Shown piece by piece: positions 51,515 to 62,882 of a stretch of DNA of 64,000 nt. This DNA is from Octopus bimaculoides (taxonomy: Eukaryota): contig NC_068984.1 in assembly GCF_001194135.2 (NCBI RefSeq), positions 104,972,531 through 105,036,530 of the forward strand, given 5' to 3'. The notes under the pieces were generated by a model. That model was given only the letters and a program-made list of their open reading frames with translations, was not told the DNA's origin and ran no database searches. Within the stretch, counting starts at the first letter, position 1. Every line of letters starts with the position of its first letter. The position numbers were made by a program, and so were the translations under genes.

Positions 51515-51635
51515 CTGTATAAATATATTTATGTGTGTGTGTCTTTGTTTGTCACTGCACTATTACTTGACAACCGATGTTGGTGTGTTTACATTCCTGT
51601 AACTTAGCAGTTTGGCAAGAGAGTCCAATAGAATA
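51270..51635 (+). mobile_element. SINE family A, 3'-truncated
   Basis: Head and core present; the tail stops at GAATAA. The 3' part is duplicated at 41391-41639. Confidence 0.8.
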
Positions 51636-52138
51636 ATGTTCTCCAACTAAAAACATTTGTCTCCCCTTACACACACTTCCTGTTNNNNNNNNNNNNNNNN
51701 NNNNNNNNNNNNNNNNNNNNNNNNNNNNNNNNNNNNNNNNNNNNNNNNNNNNNNNNNNNNNNNNNNNNNNNNNNNNNNNNNNNNNNNNNNNNNNNNNNNN
51801 NNNNNNNNNNNNNNNNNNNNNNNNNNNNNNNNNNNNNNNNNNNNNNNNNNNNNNNNNNNNNNNNNNNNNNNNNNNNNNNNNNNNNNNNNNNNNNNNNNNN
51901 NNNNNNNNNNNNNNNNNNNNNNNNNNNNNNNNNNNNNNNNNNNNNNNNNNNNNNNNNNNNNNNNNNNNNNNNNNNNNNNNNNNNNNNNNNNNNNNNNNNN
52001 NNNNNNNNNNNNNNNNNNNNNNNNNNNNNNNNNNNNNNNNNNNNNNNNNNNNNNNNNNNNNNNNNNNNNNNNNNNNNNNNNNNNNNNNNNNNNNNNNNNN
52101 NNNNNNNNNNNNNNNNNATATATATATATATATATATA

Positions 52139-53435
52139 CTAGGGAGTGCCCAAAAGTATCCAGAAACATTCTCTGTGGGACAAGCCCCTGTAGTTCAGGC
52201 TTCTACCATTAGAAACCACTTGATGTGGCCCTCAGGCATCAGTCTGCAAACTGGCAGCGTCCAGTACGGTCGTATTGCCATATGATGCATTTGTTTTGCA
52301 ATGCTTCTCCTCTGTTCATTGATTTGTGCAATGGCTGAAATGAAGGGACAGCATGCTTCTGTGAAATTCTGTTTTCTGTTGGATAAAACGACAACCAAAA
52401 CAGTTGTCATGCTTGAAAGAGCTTACAAGGACACTGCCATGAGAAAAACACAAGTTTATGAGTGGTTTTCACACTTTAGGAATGGTCACTTGTTGCTTAA
52501 TGACTAACCTCATTCAGTGTGACAGTTGACCTCCTGAACAAATGAAAACATCCTGAAAATCCATGAACTGATCTTGGAAAGAATTTGTTGATATGACTGG
52601 TGTTTCCTGGAGCTCCTCCCAATGAATTTTAAGTGAGAAATTTCAAATGAAAAGAATTGCAGCAAAATTTGTACCTCACTTGCTCATGGAAGATCAAAAT
52701 CAATCATGACTGAATTCATGTCATGAACTGAAAGAACGGTTAGAAGTCAATCCAAACCTTTCTTTGAAGGTCATCACTGGCGATGAAAGCTGGTGCTATG
52801 ACCCGGAAACGAAGCAGCAATCAAATCAATGGAAGCATTCAATGTCACCTACCCCCAGAAGTACATCAAGTGAAATTCAATGTCAAGATGATGCTGGTTT
52901 GTTTCATTGATGTGAAAGAAATTGTCCAAACAGTATTTGCTCCTCCTGGTCAAACTGTTAGCCAGGCATTTTATTTGGCTATTCTGAATTGTTTGTGAGA
53001 CAGAGTGATATGAAAATGCCCTGACCAGTGGCAAAGTGGAGAGTGGTGGTTTCATCATGACGATGCACCTTCACACACCACCTTGGGTATGAGACAGTTT
53101 TTGATCAAAAATGGCATGACCCCATTTACCCAGCCTCCTTATTCACCTGGTCTTGTTCCCTGCAACTGTTTTTTTGTTTCCCCAAATGAAAAAAGTCCTT
53201 AAAGGAAAGTATTTTGTAGATGCTGAAGAGGTGAAAAAAAAAAAAAAACCATGGAGGCTTTAAAAGGCATCATTTCACTAAGAGTTCTAGGACTACTTCA
53301 AACAGTGGAAAATGCATCTAGACCAATGCATTGCTTCAAATGGAGAATAATTTGAAGGCAATAAAAGTGTGAAGATGTAAGACTAAGTGAATAAAATAAT
53401 ATTGCAAAATTCCAGTTTCTTTTGGTACCCCCTCG
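52139..53435 (+). mobile_element. Full-length mariner (irritans/Hsmar2-like) with inactivated transposase
   Basis: Right TIR ...TTTTGGTACCCCCTCG|TA, degenerate left TIR CTAGGGAGTGCCCAAAAG. Motifs VKFCFLL, KFVPHLL, ITGDESW, FHHDDAPSH and QPPYSPGLVPC. Confidence 0.9.
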
Positions 53436-53730
53436 TATATACATGAAATAGAAGCAGTGTTAGCATAATAAGCATTATCAACCACATATACTTAATGTAT
53501 ACACAAAACATATTCATTAACTTTAAGTGGCTGATAATGTTTACATATATGTGTATACATGTATATATATAAATATGTCTATTATATATATAAATATATA
53601 TATATATATATAACTGTAATAATATTTGTCTCCTATTAAGAAAGAAAAAAAATAATGTTTGTTGTTTTTCTTGAGTCGTTGACCCGAACATAATGTTTTT
53701 ATTCTGTTACTAATGCCTTTATATATATAT

Positions 53731-53781
<51 letters not shown>

Positions 53782-54859
53782 TATGTATATATATATATAT
53801 ATATGCATATATATACACACACATATATATATGTACATATATATATATANNNNNNNNNNNNNNNNNNNNNNNNNNNNNNNNNNNNNNNNNNNNNNNNNNN
53901 NNNNNNNNNNNNNNNNNNNNNNNNNNNNNNNNNNNNNNNNNNNNNNNNNNNNNNNNNNNNNNNNNNNNNNNNNNNNNNNNNNNNNNNNNNNNNNNNNNNN
54001 NNNNNNNNNNNNNNNNNNNNNNNNNNNNNNNNNNNNNNNNNNNNNNNNNNNNNNNNNNNNNNNNNNNNNNNNNNNNNNNNNNNNNNNNNNNNNNNNNNNN
54101 NNNNNNNNNNNNNNNNNNNNNNNNNNNNNNNNNNNNNNNNNNNNNNNNNNNNNNNNNNNNNNNNNNNNNNNNNNNNNNNNNNNNNNNNNNNNNNNNNNNN
54201 NNNNNNNNNNNNNNNNNNNNNNNNNNNNNNNNNNNNNNNNNNNNNNNNNNNNNNNNNNNNNNNNNNNNNNNNNNNNNNNNNNNNNNNNNNNNNNNNNNNN
54301 NNNNNNNNNNNNNNNNNNNNNNNNNNNNNNNNNNNNNNNNNNNNNNNNNNNNNNNNNNNNNNNNNNNNNNNNNNNNNNNNNNNNNNNNNNNNNNNNNNNN
54401 NNNNNNNNNNNNNNNNNNNNNNNNNNNNNNNNNNNNNNNNNNNNNNNNNNNNNNNNNNNNNNNNNNNNNNNNNNNNNNNNNNNNNNNNNNNNNNNNNNNN
54501 NNNNNNNNNNNNNNNNNNNNNNNNNNNNNNNNNNNNNNNNNNNNNNNNNNNNNNNNNNNNNNNNNNNNNNNNNNNNNNNNNNNNNNNNNNNNNNNNNNNN
54601 NNNNNNNNNNNNNNNNNNNNNNNNNNNNNNNNNNNNNNNNNNNNNNNNNNNNNNNNNNNNNNNNNNNNNNNNNNNNNNNNNNNNNNNACGAAAGGAGAGA
54701 ATTGCATACATACATGGACATAAACATGCACACACACATACATACACAAGTTGGATTTTAGACTTACTACATTATATATACATACATACATATATACATG
54801 TGTGTGTTTGTACGTGTGTGTGTGTATATATGTGCACGCGCTCGCATGCATATGTGTGC

Positions 54860-55932
54860 GCATGAAGGCAGCTGTATTAAGAAGTGGCAATCGCTTAAAG
54901 TGGATGGCACCTGTGGAAGAGGGAGATCCAGGAAAACATGGGATGAGGTAGTAAGGATCAATCTCAGGAGGCTGGGCCTTACAGAGGAAATGACAATAGA
55001 CTGAGATGTCTGACGATATGAGGTTTTTGAGAAGACACACCCACTTCAGCAAAACTTAGTTCTAGGAGTGTTGTGTGTTCCACATACATGTAACAATATT
55101 TTTCGCACACCCCACCCCAAGAAAACAAAGTACATCTCCTCTTCTCTTCTTCACATTTCCTTTTTCATGCACTATGCTTATACTTATCTTTCACACCCCC
55201 CCCAACTCAATCCTGTTCTGCCCACTGTATTAATGCTATTCGGTTGCCCTCCATCTCCTTTGTATACCCAGGTTTCACCAGTCACTGCATTCCTCCAGCT
55301 CTTAGCATGTCAAGTGAACTCACTACTCCCTACTCATGAACCCTTGATCGTATTCTGCCATCCCTGTACCTTGAGAGTATGCCCTGGCACATTGCCACTA
55401 TCTCTCTCTCGCTTTCTCTCACCCTTTTCTCTCTTATCTACTCACACTCTTCCTCTCTCTCTCTCTCTTGTTCTCTTTCTCTAACTGGGTAACCATGTAT
55501 CTCATCTACAGGAAGACACTTATTCCTGTCCCTCTGTCACACTCTAGCCTGTCATCACCTGGCACAAGGCCACCGCTTGCAAAACTCACCCCACACCAAG
55601 GATCTTTACTTTGCAAGTTATTTAGTGACTCCCACCTGTGCTGGTGCCATGTAAAAAGCATCCAGTCTGCACTGTAAAGTGGTTGACATTAGGAAGGGCA
55701 TCCAGCCATAAAAACCATGCCAAAGCAGACTTCACTGGTGCGTGTGTCATGTAAAAAATCACTCAGTTCACCCTGTAAGGTGGTTGGTATTAGGAAGGGC
55801 ATCCTGCCATAAAAACCATGCCAAAATGGACAGTGAAGCCTGGTGTAGTCTTCTGGCTTGCCAGCTCCTGTCAAACCATCCAGCCTAACCCATGCCAGCA
55901 TGAAAAATAGACATTAAACGATGATGATGATG
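54860..55932 (+). mobile_element. RTE LINE 3' end (ORF end, long 3' UTR, (ATG)n tail)
   Basis: HEGSCIKKWQSLKVDGTCGRGRSRKTWDEVVR; duplicated ATTAGGAAGGGCATCC.GCCATAAAAACCATGCCAAA block; tail AAACGATGATGATGATG. Confidence 0.82.
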
Positions 55933-56762
55933 ATAAATGCATACAAATATGTATATATCCATGTATGTATGTGTATGTTTGTATAACAAACTGTGGAGGA
56001 CGCATACTGACTGTTGCAGTGGTACTGCGTCAGTGATTAGGTCGCAGTTAGTGTGATGAAAATTATGACACCAAATAATAAATATTAACAGTTTTGTGTG
56101 TATTGAAATGTATTTAAATATGTGTCCCTGTGCCATAATTTTTTTAATCTCAACACATAGTCCCAGATCAAATTACATATCAGGCAAGTACACTGATGAA
56201 ATCAATCAATAAATAAATGTGTACATGCATGTATGTATGTATGAATAAATGAATGATCATCTGCATATTATGTGCGGCAGAAGGCGGAAGGCAGCTTTAC
56301 ATACATTTCAACTCTTTTTAGTGTCTTCATCAACAGCAGTTTATCACATTTTAACAGTTATCCATAAACAACATTGCTTATAATAAACCCATTAATATTA
56401 GAAGTTTAAGTTAACTGGATATTTAACACTTTTATGACAGGAAAATTAAACATATAATTACTGGTGTGTTAACTGCGTTTTATTTCATTGCCATAAGCAC
56501 CATCATCCTCTCCAACACTATACAAAGAAGTTGGCATTAGGAAGGGCATCCAGCCATAGAAGCCATGCCAAAACTGAGATACTGGAGCAAGATGTTGTCC
56601 TCCAAGCTATTGGATCTTGTTGAAATGTCCCAACCCATGGCAAGAAGGAAAGTGGAAATATAAATGATGTTGATATTTATATTATATGTTGGACGCTTTC
56701 AACCCCCCTCCATATTCATATTACTTGCTAAGTAAAGAGGAGAGCTCACATCTGTAGGCTGC

Positions 56763-56834
<72 letters not shown>

Positions 56835-57226
56835 ATTCATATATGTATGTGTATATATATTTGTATGTATATTATATATATATTTAGATATGCATGTGAA
56901 CATGTGTGCATGTATATGTGATGTATATATGTGTTTGTATGTGCACACACACACACACACACACACTATGTTATATGGGTGTGACTGTGTTGGTGAATTT
57001 GATGGATAGAAAGCTCGCCGTATATATACTGTTCGGTTGTAGATAGATAGATACATACATACATACATACGTACGTACGTGCGTGCTTGCGTGTGTGCGT
57101 GTGTGTGTACTCCATTACCACTTGACAACAGGTGTTGGTTTGTTTACGGGTTTGTAACTCAGCGGTTCCGCATATGAAACCGATAGAGTAAGTACCAAAC
57201 TAAAAAAAAAAAAATAGTTGCTGGCG

Positions 57227-57269
<43 letters not shown>

Positions 57270-57429
57270 CTAAAACCCTTCAAGACGGAGCCCCAGCATA
57301 GCTGCAGTTCATTGATTGAAAGAAGTTGAAGATAAAAAGTTTTAAAAAATCATATTATATAATATTGTGTTATATTATATTATTATATTATGATATATTA
57401 TTACATTGTCTGCTATTGAAAAATCAAAC

Positions 57430-58102
57430 CAACCAACCAACACTACTAGCAGACGAAATCATGTGTTCGTAAGAGAAGCTCGTTGAACATTCGAAAAAGG
57501 GCTGTTCCCGTTCGTTATATGTAGCAACATAGTTGTAATAACGAGAGGCCAAGGGGACAGACAACAATAAGGACTGACCGAATATTAGTGAGACAGACAT
57601 CGCTGCTACGTCACTTGCTAGTGCGCTAGCGACATTATCACTAGCCGGCGGTGCCGTAGTGATGGTAGTGGTGGTGGTCGTGTCGTCGGAGATTAACGAC
57701 AACAGACGGACTTCACTCGGTGGAGGTAAAGAATTGGCAACGAACGGAAATTGCCGAAGACGTCTCGACAAGAATCGGCTGCAATCTTAGTTGAGAAGTG
57801 TGCTGCTTGCTTATCAAGAGGATGGGGGAAATGACTTAGCTGCTTATAAAAGCTTCTCTGCAACATGGAAAATGGATGAAGACTGTAGCTTTTATAGTAT
57901 GCAGACTGTCTGGAGTTCCCAGAATTGTAGATTTAACGGCATCTGAAATATTTTGCAAGCAGTGGAAGTGTCCGCGGCGTTAAACGCGTTGGACTTAGTG
58001 TGGGGGAGAGAGAAGTCGACCAAGGTGTGCTTCTTGTGTGGAGCTGCCGAACCACGGACCACCGTGGCTTGGACGTAATCACAGCTGGGTTTTTTTAAAG
58101 CA
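57430..58102 (+). promoter_or_regulatory. CpG-rich proximal promoter / 5' leader of the furin-like gene
   Basis: High CpG density and no repeat similarity. TATA-consensus TATAAAAG at 57845-57852; CRE-like TACGTCAC at 57607-57614. TSS not determinable from sequence. Confidence 0.55.
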
Positions 58103-58267
58103 ATGGGTGGATGTAGTTCGGCCCTAATCATTTCTATGTGTGGACTTGTGTTCTTGGATGTATCTTTCGCTGCTCATTACACGGATAAGTGGGCAGTTCA
58201 CATTGAAGGAGGTGTACATGCGGCCAAGTCTTTAACTGAAAAGCACGGATTTATTTTCTTGGGAGAG
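58103..58267 (+). CDS. FURIN: First coding exon of a furin-like subtilisin/kexin proprotein convertase (signal peptide plus start of the prodomain)
   Basis: MGGCSSALIISMCGLVFLDVSFAA (signal-peptide-like) then HYTDKWAVHIEGGVHAAKSLTEKHGFIFLGE, aligning by eye with furin FTNTWAVRIPGGPAVANSVARKHGFLNLGQ; GAG|GTTGGT donor in phase 0. Paralogue (furin versus PCSK5/6-type) is not resolved. Confidence 0.88.
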
Positions 58268-59014
58268 GTTGGTTTCTTCTTTCTTCTCAGTTTTTAATCC
58301 ATTATTTCATACCTAATAATAATATATTTATTTCCTTTAAAAAAAAAAAAAAAAAAAATTCGCTTGCAACATGTATTTCGGTGTGCCTGTCTCCATTTGA
58401 AGGATGCTTCACCACATCAGGGCGCCTTCTTGGAGGCTTCCACACCTCGAAGCAGTCTTTCGAATATGTAAACAACTATCGATTTATATTCCTTCTCATT
58501 TCTTCAGCCACAATTCCGTTACTGTTGCTGCTGGCATTGCAAAATCACCTCGTTTTCTTTACGCAACTTGTTTAACTTAAGAAGAAACCATTTAATTTTG
58601 TTTTCTTTTTCGGATCTTTTCCATTAATGAATCCAACAAACAACTTAATTGAATATACTTTCGCAATCAATAATAATCGAATTCTTGAAATTTTTTTAAT
58701 ATCTATTTTTGTGTTTATTTGATATTTATTATTTCACTCCTTTGTTTTCTCGCAGAATCTATACTTATTTACTTTCTTTTACTGGCCAAAGTCGCGAAAA
58801 TTGATTTCTTTGTCCCCAAACTACCATCAAGAAATTCTTGAGTTTGGTATTAGACTTTCCTTGAGTTAGTTTCACATGTAAGAGAATGTCAGATTCATTC
58901 TCTAAGACTTTATTCTCATTTGAAACATTTGGAATTTTGTAATTGTTATTTGAAAAAATTAATTTCGACACATGAAGAGTTATTTCAAGGATGTCTGACA
59001 GAGACAAGAGACGA

Positions 59015-59098
59015 AGGTAAAGAATACGCACACCACCCGTTTTCGGCGTTTGGGTTGGGGTTACGCCGAAAACGGGTGATGTGCGTATTCTTTAACCT
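59015..59098. other. Near-perfect GC-rich hairpin in the furin-like gene intron
   Basis: 59018-59049 pairs with 59063-59094 (31 of 32 positions), plus 3 bp after a 1-nt bulge; 13-nt loop TTGGGTTGGGGTT. Confidence 0.9.
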
Positions 59099-59603
59099 CC
59101 GCCTGACAAAACTATGCGGCCGAGTTGATAGGATATTAAGAGTTTCGAGGCAAAAATAGCAGCATTTCCTATCCGATTGAATCCTTTGTAATGTGTATTG
59201 AACAACAAATTGAAAATTGAGATATATCTGTATTGCATGGCCTACGTTTTATTATTTGTAGGTATGAATCGACTAATAATATTTGTTTCAAATTTAGGCA
59301 CAAGGCTGAGGGGCGGTTTAGTCGATACCATCTATTCAGGTACTTCATTGGTATTTTAATTATTCAAAGGGGGCAACAAACACGACTAAATTTATTTTGC
59401 GTTAACACAGTTACACGAGTTTTAAAAGTATTTGGTTTTTTTTCTTTCTATTTTTTTCTAAAAAAAGATTCCGTTGTCATCGAACTGTTGATCTTTGATA
59501 GGTAGTGGTACCTGTCAACTGTTATCAAAACACAAGCACGAGGTTGTTGAATTGTAATTGTGTGCTATTTAATAACTACTATAGTGACCCTCTTCACGTT
59601 CAC

Positions 59604-59638
<35 letters not shown>

Positions 59639-60409
59639 TGTGTTATGGGAGAGGAGAAACTCAGTAACAAAAGTGGGAAATATAACCCTACTGAGTACGT
59701 TTTTTTTTTTCTCCCAACCGCACATATCCAAACATTTGCGTTTCTTCGCTCTATATACAATCCATCTATCTATCTATCTATGAGAGTGAGTGAGTGTGTG
59801 TGTACGCACACACGAGCCTCAATTCAGTCATTTCTACATTTTTGGAATAGCAGCCAAATTTCCCTCAAATCGCTCTCTACTGACTTAAAAACGGGACTGA
59901 TGTATAATATTATTCAAACTTATTCATGGATCAAGATGGGGTGGTCACATCTGGAAAGTCTTTGTTCCAATCGGGGCTAAATCAAAATATATATTCGCTT
60001 AGACGTAGTGATACATGCATATATATATATATATATATAAAGAGACTAATATTATATTTGTGACTGGGAAATGAAATAAAATATAGTTTTCCTTTGTTAT
60101 TTCAATATTCCTGGGTAAGCGTTTTCTTGTCATATTTTGATTTGTCTGCTGGCACAGTCAGCTACCTGATTGTATTTTGCGGATTCCATTAGTGGTTATG
60201 TCTGTGAAATCCATTGGAATTCTGCTGCTTTCCTCACCGAACCTTCATTTACATATTACAATGTGACAAGGAGCAGCGCACGCCTCTCTCTCTCTCTCTC
60301 TGTTTCTTGCTCTGCTTTCTCCACTATGGCTATCCAGCGGTCAGCTTCTCCTTCCGACCACTTTGGATAGCTGCAACTTGTTATATACAAAATGTTTGTG
60401 TGTATATAG

Positions 60410-60500
60410 ATATGAACATATATATATATCCGTGCATTTGTACATATATGAATGTATATATACCTCCGCGCGCACGCGCGCAATTGTACGAATGTTTATA

Positions 60501-60549
<49 letters not shown>

Positions 60550-60797
60550 GATGTTTGTGTATATATATATATGTATATGAATGTATGCGTGCGCGTGTAT
60601 ATGTGCGTGTGTGTATATATATATATATATGACTATATGTGTGCGCGTGTATATGTATTTGTGCGTGTTTGTCTGTATATATGACTATGTGTGCGCATAT
60701 ATATGTGCGTGTGTTATATCACTATATATATTCGCTTGTATATGTGCGTGTGTGTGTATATATATGACTATGTATGTATATGTGTGTGTGAGTATAA

Positions 60798-60844
<47 letters not shown>

Positions 60845-60850
60845 ATCTGT
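60410..60850. repeat. Compound (TA)n/(TG)n/(CG)n microsatellite; representative of dozens of TA, CA, GA and ATG tracts across the window
   Basis: Direct reading; this tract keeps many CpGs (GTGCGCGTG, CGCGCACGCGCG). Confidence 0.95.
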
Positions 60851-62821
60851 GCGTGAAGTTAATTTCCAAGTGGTTATCATTTCTTATGTCTGCAGCCTTA
60901 TTTATTTTTCATTTATACTTTTTTTTTTTTAGTGTATATCGTCTTGTCTCAGTTCCAGTATTTCTTATCCATCAACTGAAATCAATAACTCGGCAAGAAT
61001 TCGGGTGTTGATGATAGAAATAATGTAGATATCTCAACAATATTTCTGATAGTCATTTTTTTTTTATATTAATCCAACCAATACTAAATGCTTTTGAGTA
61101 ATTTAATTCATTTAATTAATGGTGGGGTGGGGAGAAAGGAGCAATGAGGAGGTGGGTTAAAGCGCTTTTATTTTCTGGTTTTCGATTTTGATAATAGAAA
61201 TGTATTCTATTATTTATTGATCAAACAAAAATTGTAATATTTAGCTTTGAATGCCATTATGAAGCGTTTTGCCATTTCTCTGTCGACTCGGTGAACGCTT
61301 TGGATTTCTGGCTGCTATGTTATAGTAGTAATAGTAGTAGTAGTATCATCTTTTACCCAATCATCTCTTTTTCTTTCTATTTTCCTTTTCATCCATTTCC
61401 TTCGACTATTTAGCCAGTGTGTCTTTTGTTTTATTTTTCTGTTGATTGTATTTTCCCATTTAAAAAAAAAATTTCTAAAAATTTAAGGCTTTCATTTATT
61501 TCTAACGTATGATAAAAATGCTATGAAATTTTGCATGTCATCCTGTGAAGAAATGTGGGTTATTAAACCTTATTCGTTTGAAATTCCTATTTACGCTTTC
61601 AGAATTGAACCACTGCTGTCTAATTGTCTTTGTTCCATATGATGGAAGTACCAGAAATTACTGAGCTCTTTATGTAAGCCTTCCTCTCCTGGATCGAACC
61701 TTAGCCATCAAGGATTTACTTTTCGATACTGATTGTTTCATTTTTACTGTTTATTACAGTAGTAAATATTTCTCTCGCCTTCTACACAATTGAATTGTAC
61801 TCATCATTCGGCATTCAGGCAGTCTCTTTATATGTTATCTTTTAACCCCAGGTCAACCTCGACTGAGCAGATGTATTAACCAAAGGCATTCCAGCCATAA
61901 ACATCTAGTTTCTAGGGGTTTGTAGGAATACATTATCTAACGTATCCTTTATATAAGACGATAGAGGATGAGTTGGAGATTTTGGCTGTTTATTTGTAGC
62001 AGGTAGAGATCCCTCATTTATGTAATGTTATATTAGAATTGTGGTATATTATTAACATTGTCTTTACATACTGCGTTATTTTTTTTTTTTAACCGCGTGT
62101 TAATTTCAGTCTTAATAATCCTAAATCCACTTCGTACAACGATTCCTCATTTGCACAGTTCACTGCCAAAGAATTCTCTGTAAACTACAGAGCTGTATTA
62201 GTGATTTGGCGTCACGATATCCAAGCAGAATTGCGAACCCCTTCCAGCCTCAATGCTGGCTGCTCACACATTTCCTTAGTTGCATCGTAGTTGCTTATGA
62301 AGGTTGATAGAAATGTGTGTGTGTGTGTGGGCCGCAAATACCTACACATGGTTATATAATATGTACACGCACTATGCACGTGTGTGTATGTGTGTATATA
62401 TACACACACACAAAAATATATATATAGCCGCACACATACATTTTTTTAATAGCTTCGGCCTAGAGGAAGAAACCTGCCCCTATGGCCCCGGCATACCCTC
62501 TGAAAACGGTGAGCTTGATGATAATGTTCCTCATGAATAACAAGTTATGGGGGAGAAAAACTTCAGTTTAGTTGTTTCTGCGAGGCCTGTGAGCACAATA
62601 TGTGGCAAGAGGAAGAGAGACGAAATGAGTAGTGTCCTGCGGAAAATGATAGTACAAGAAACAGAAACCACTGTAGTTGCAGTAGAAAGCCACAGGAACG
62701 TTTGGTATGTGCCACAGGTTGGGGTATGTTAGTGAGCCACTTTCTGTCAGGCAACCTAATGGGATCTCCCCCGCAACTCTCTTTTTCTCTCTCTCTCTCT
62801 CTCTTTCTCTGTCTGTCTGTC

Positions 62822-62882
<61 letters not shown>

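Noticed and set aside
14873-55052. Long ORFs containing X runs or [16 protein letters not shown] tracts (e.g. 23068-24273, 44463-45653, 53541-55052)
   Set aside because: They are artefacts of N-gaps and dinucleotide microsatellites. Only the transposase parts flanking the gaps are real homologies.
57424-57771. 115-aa minus-strand ORF next to furin (also 57892-58131)
   Set aside because: Expected by-product of GC-rich, stop-poor promoter DNA; low-complexity Thr/Ala/Ser content and no homology recognised.
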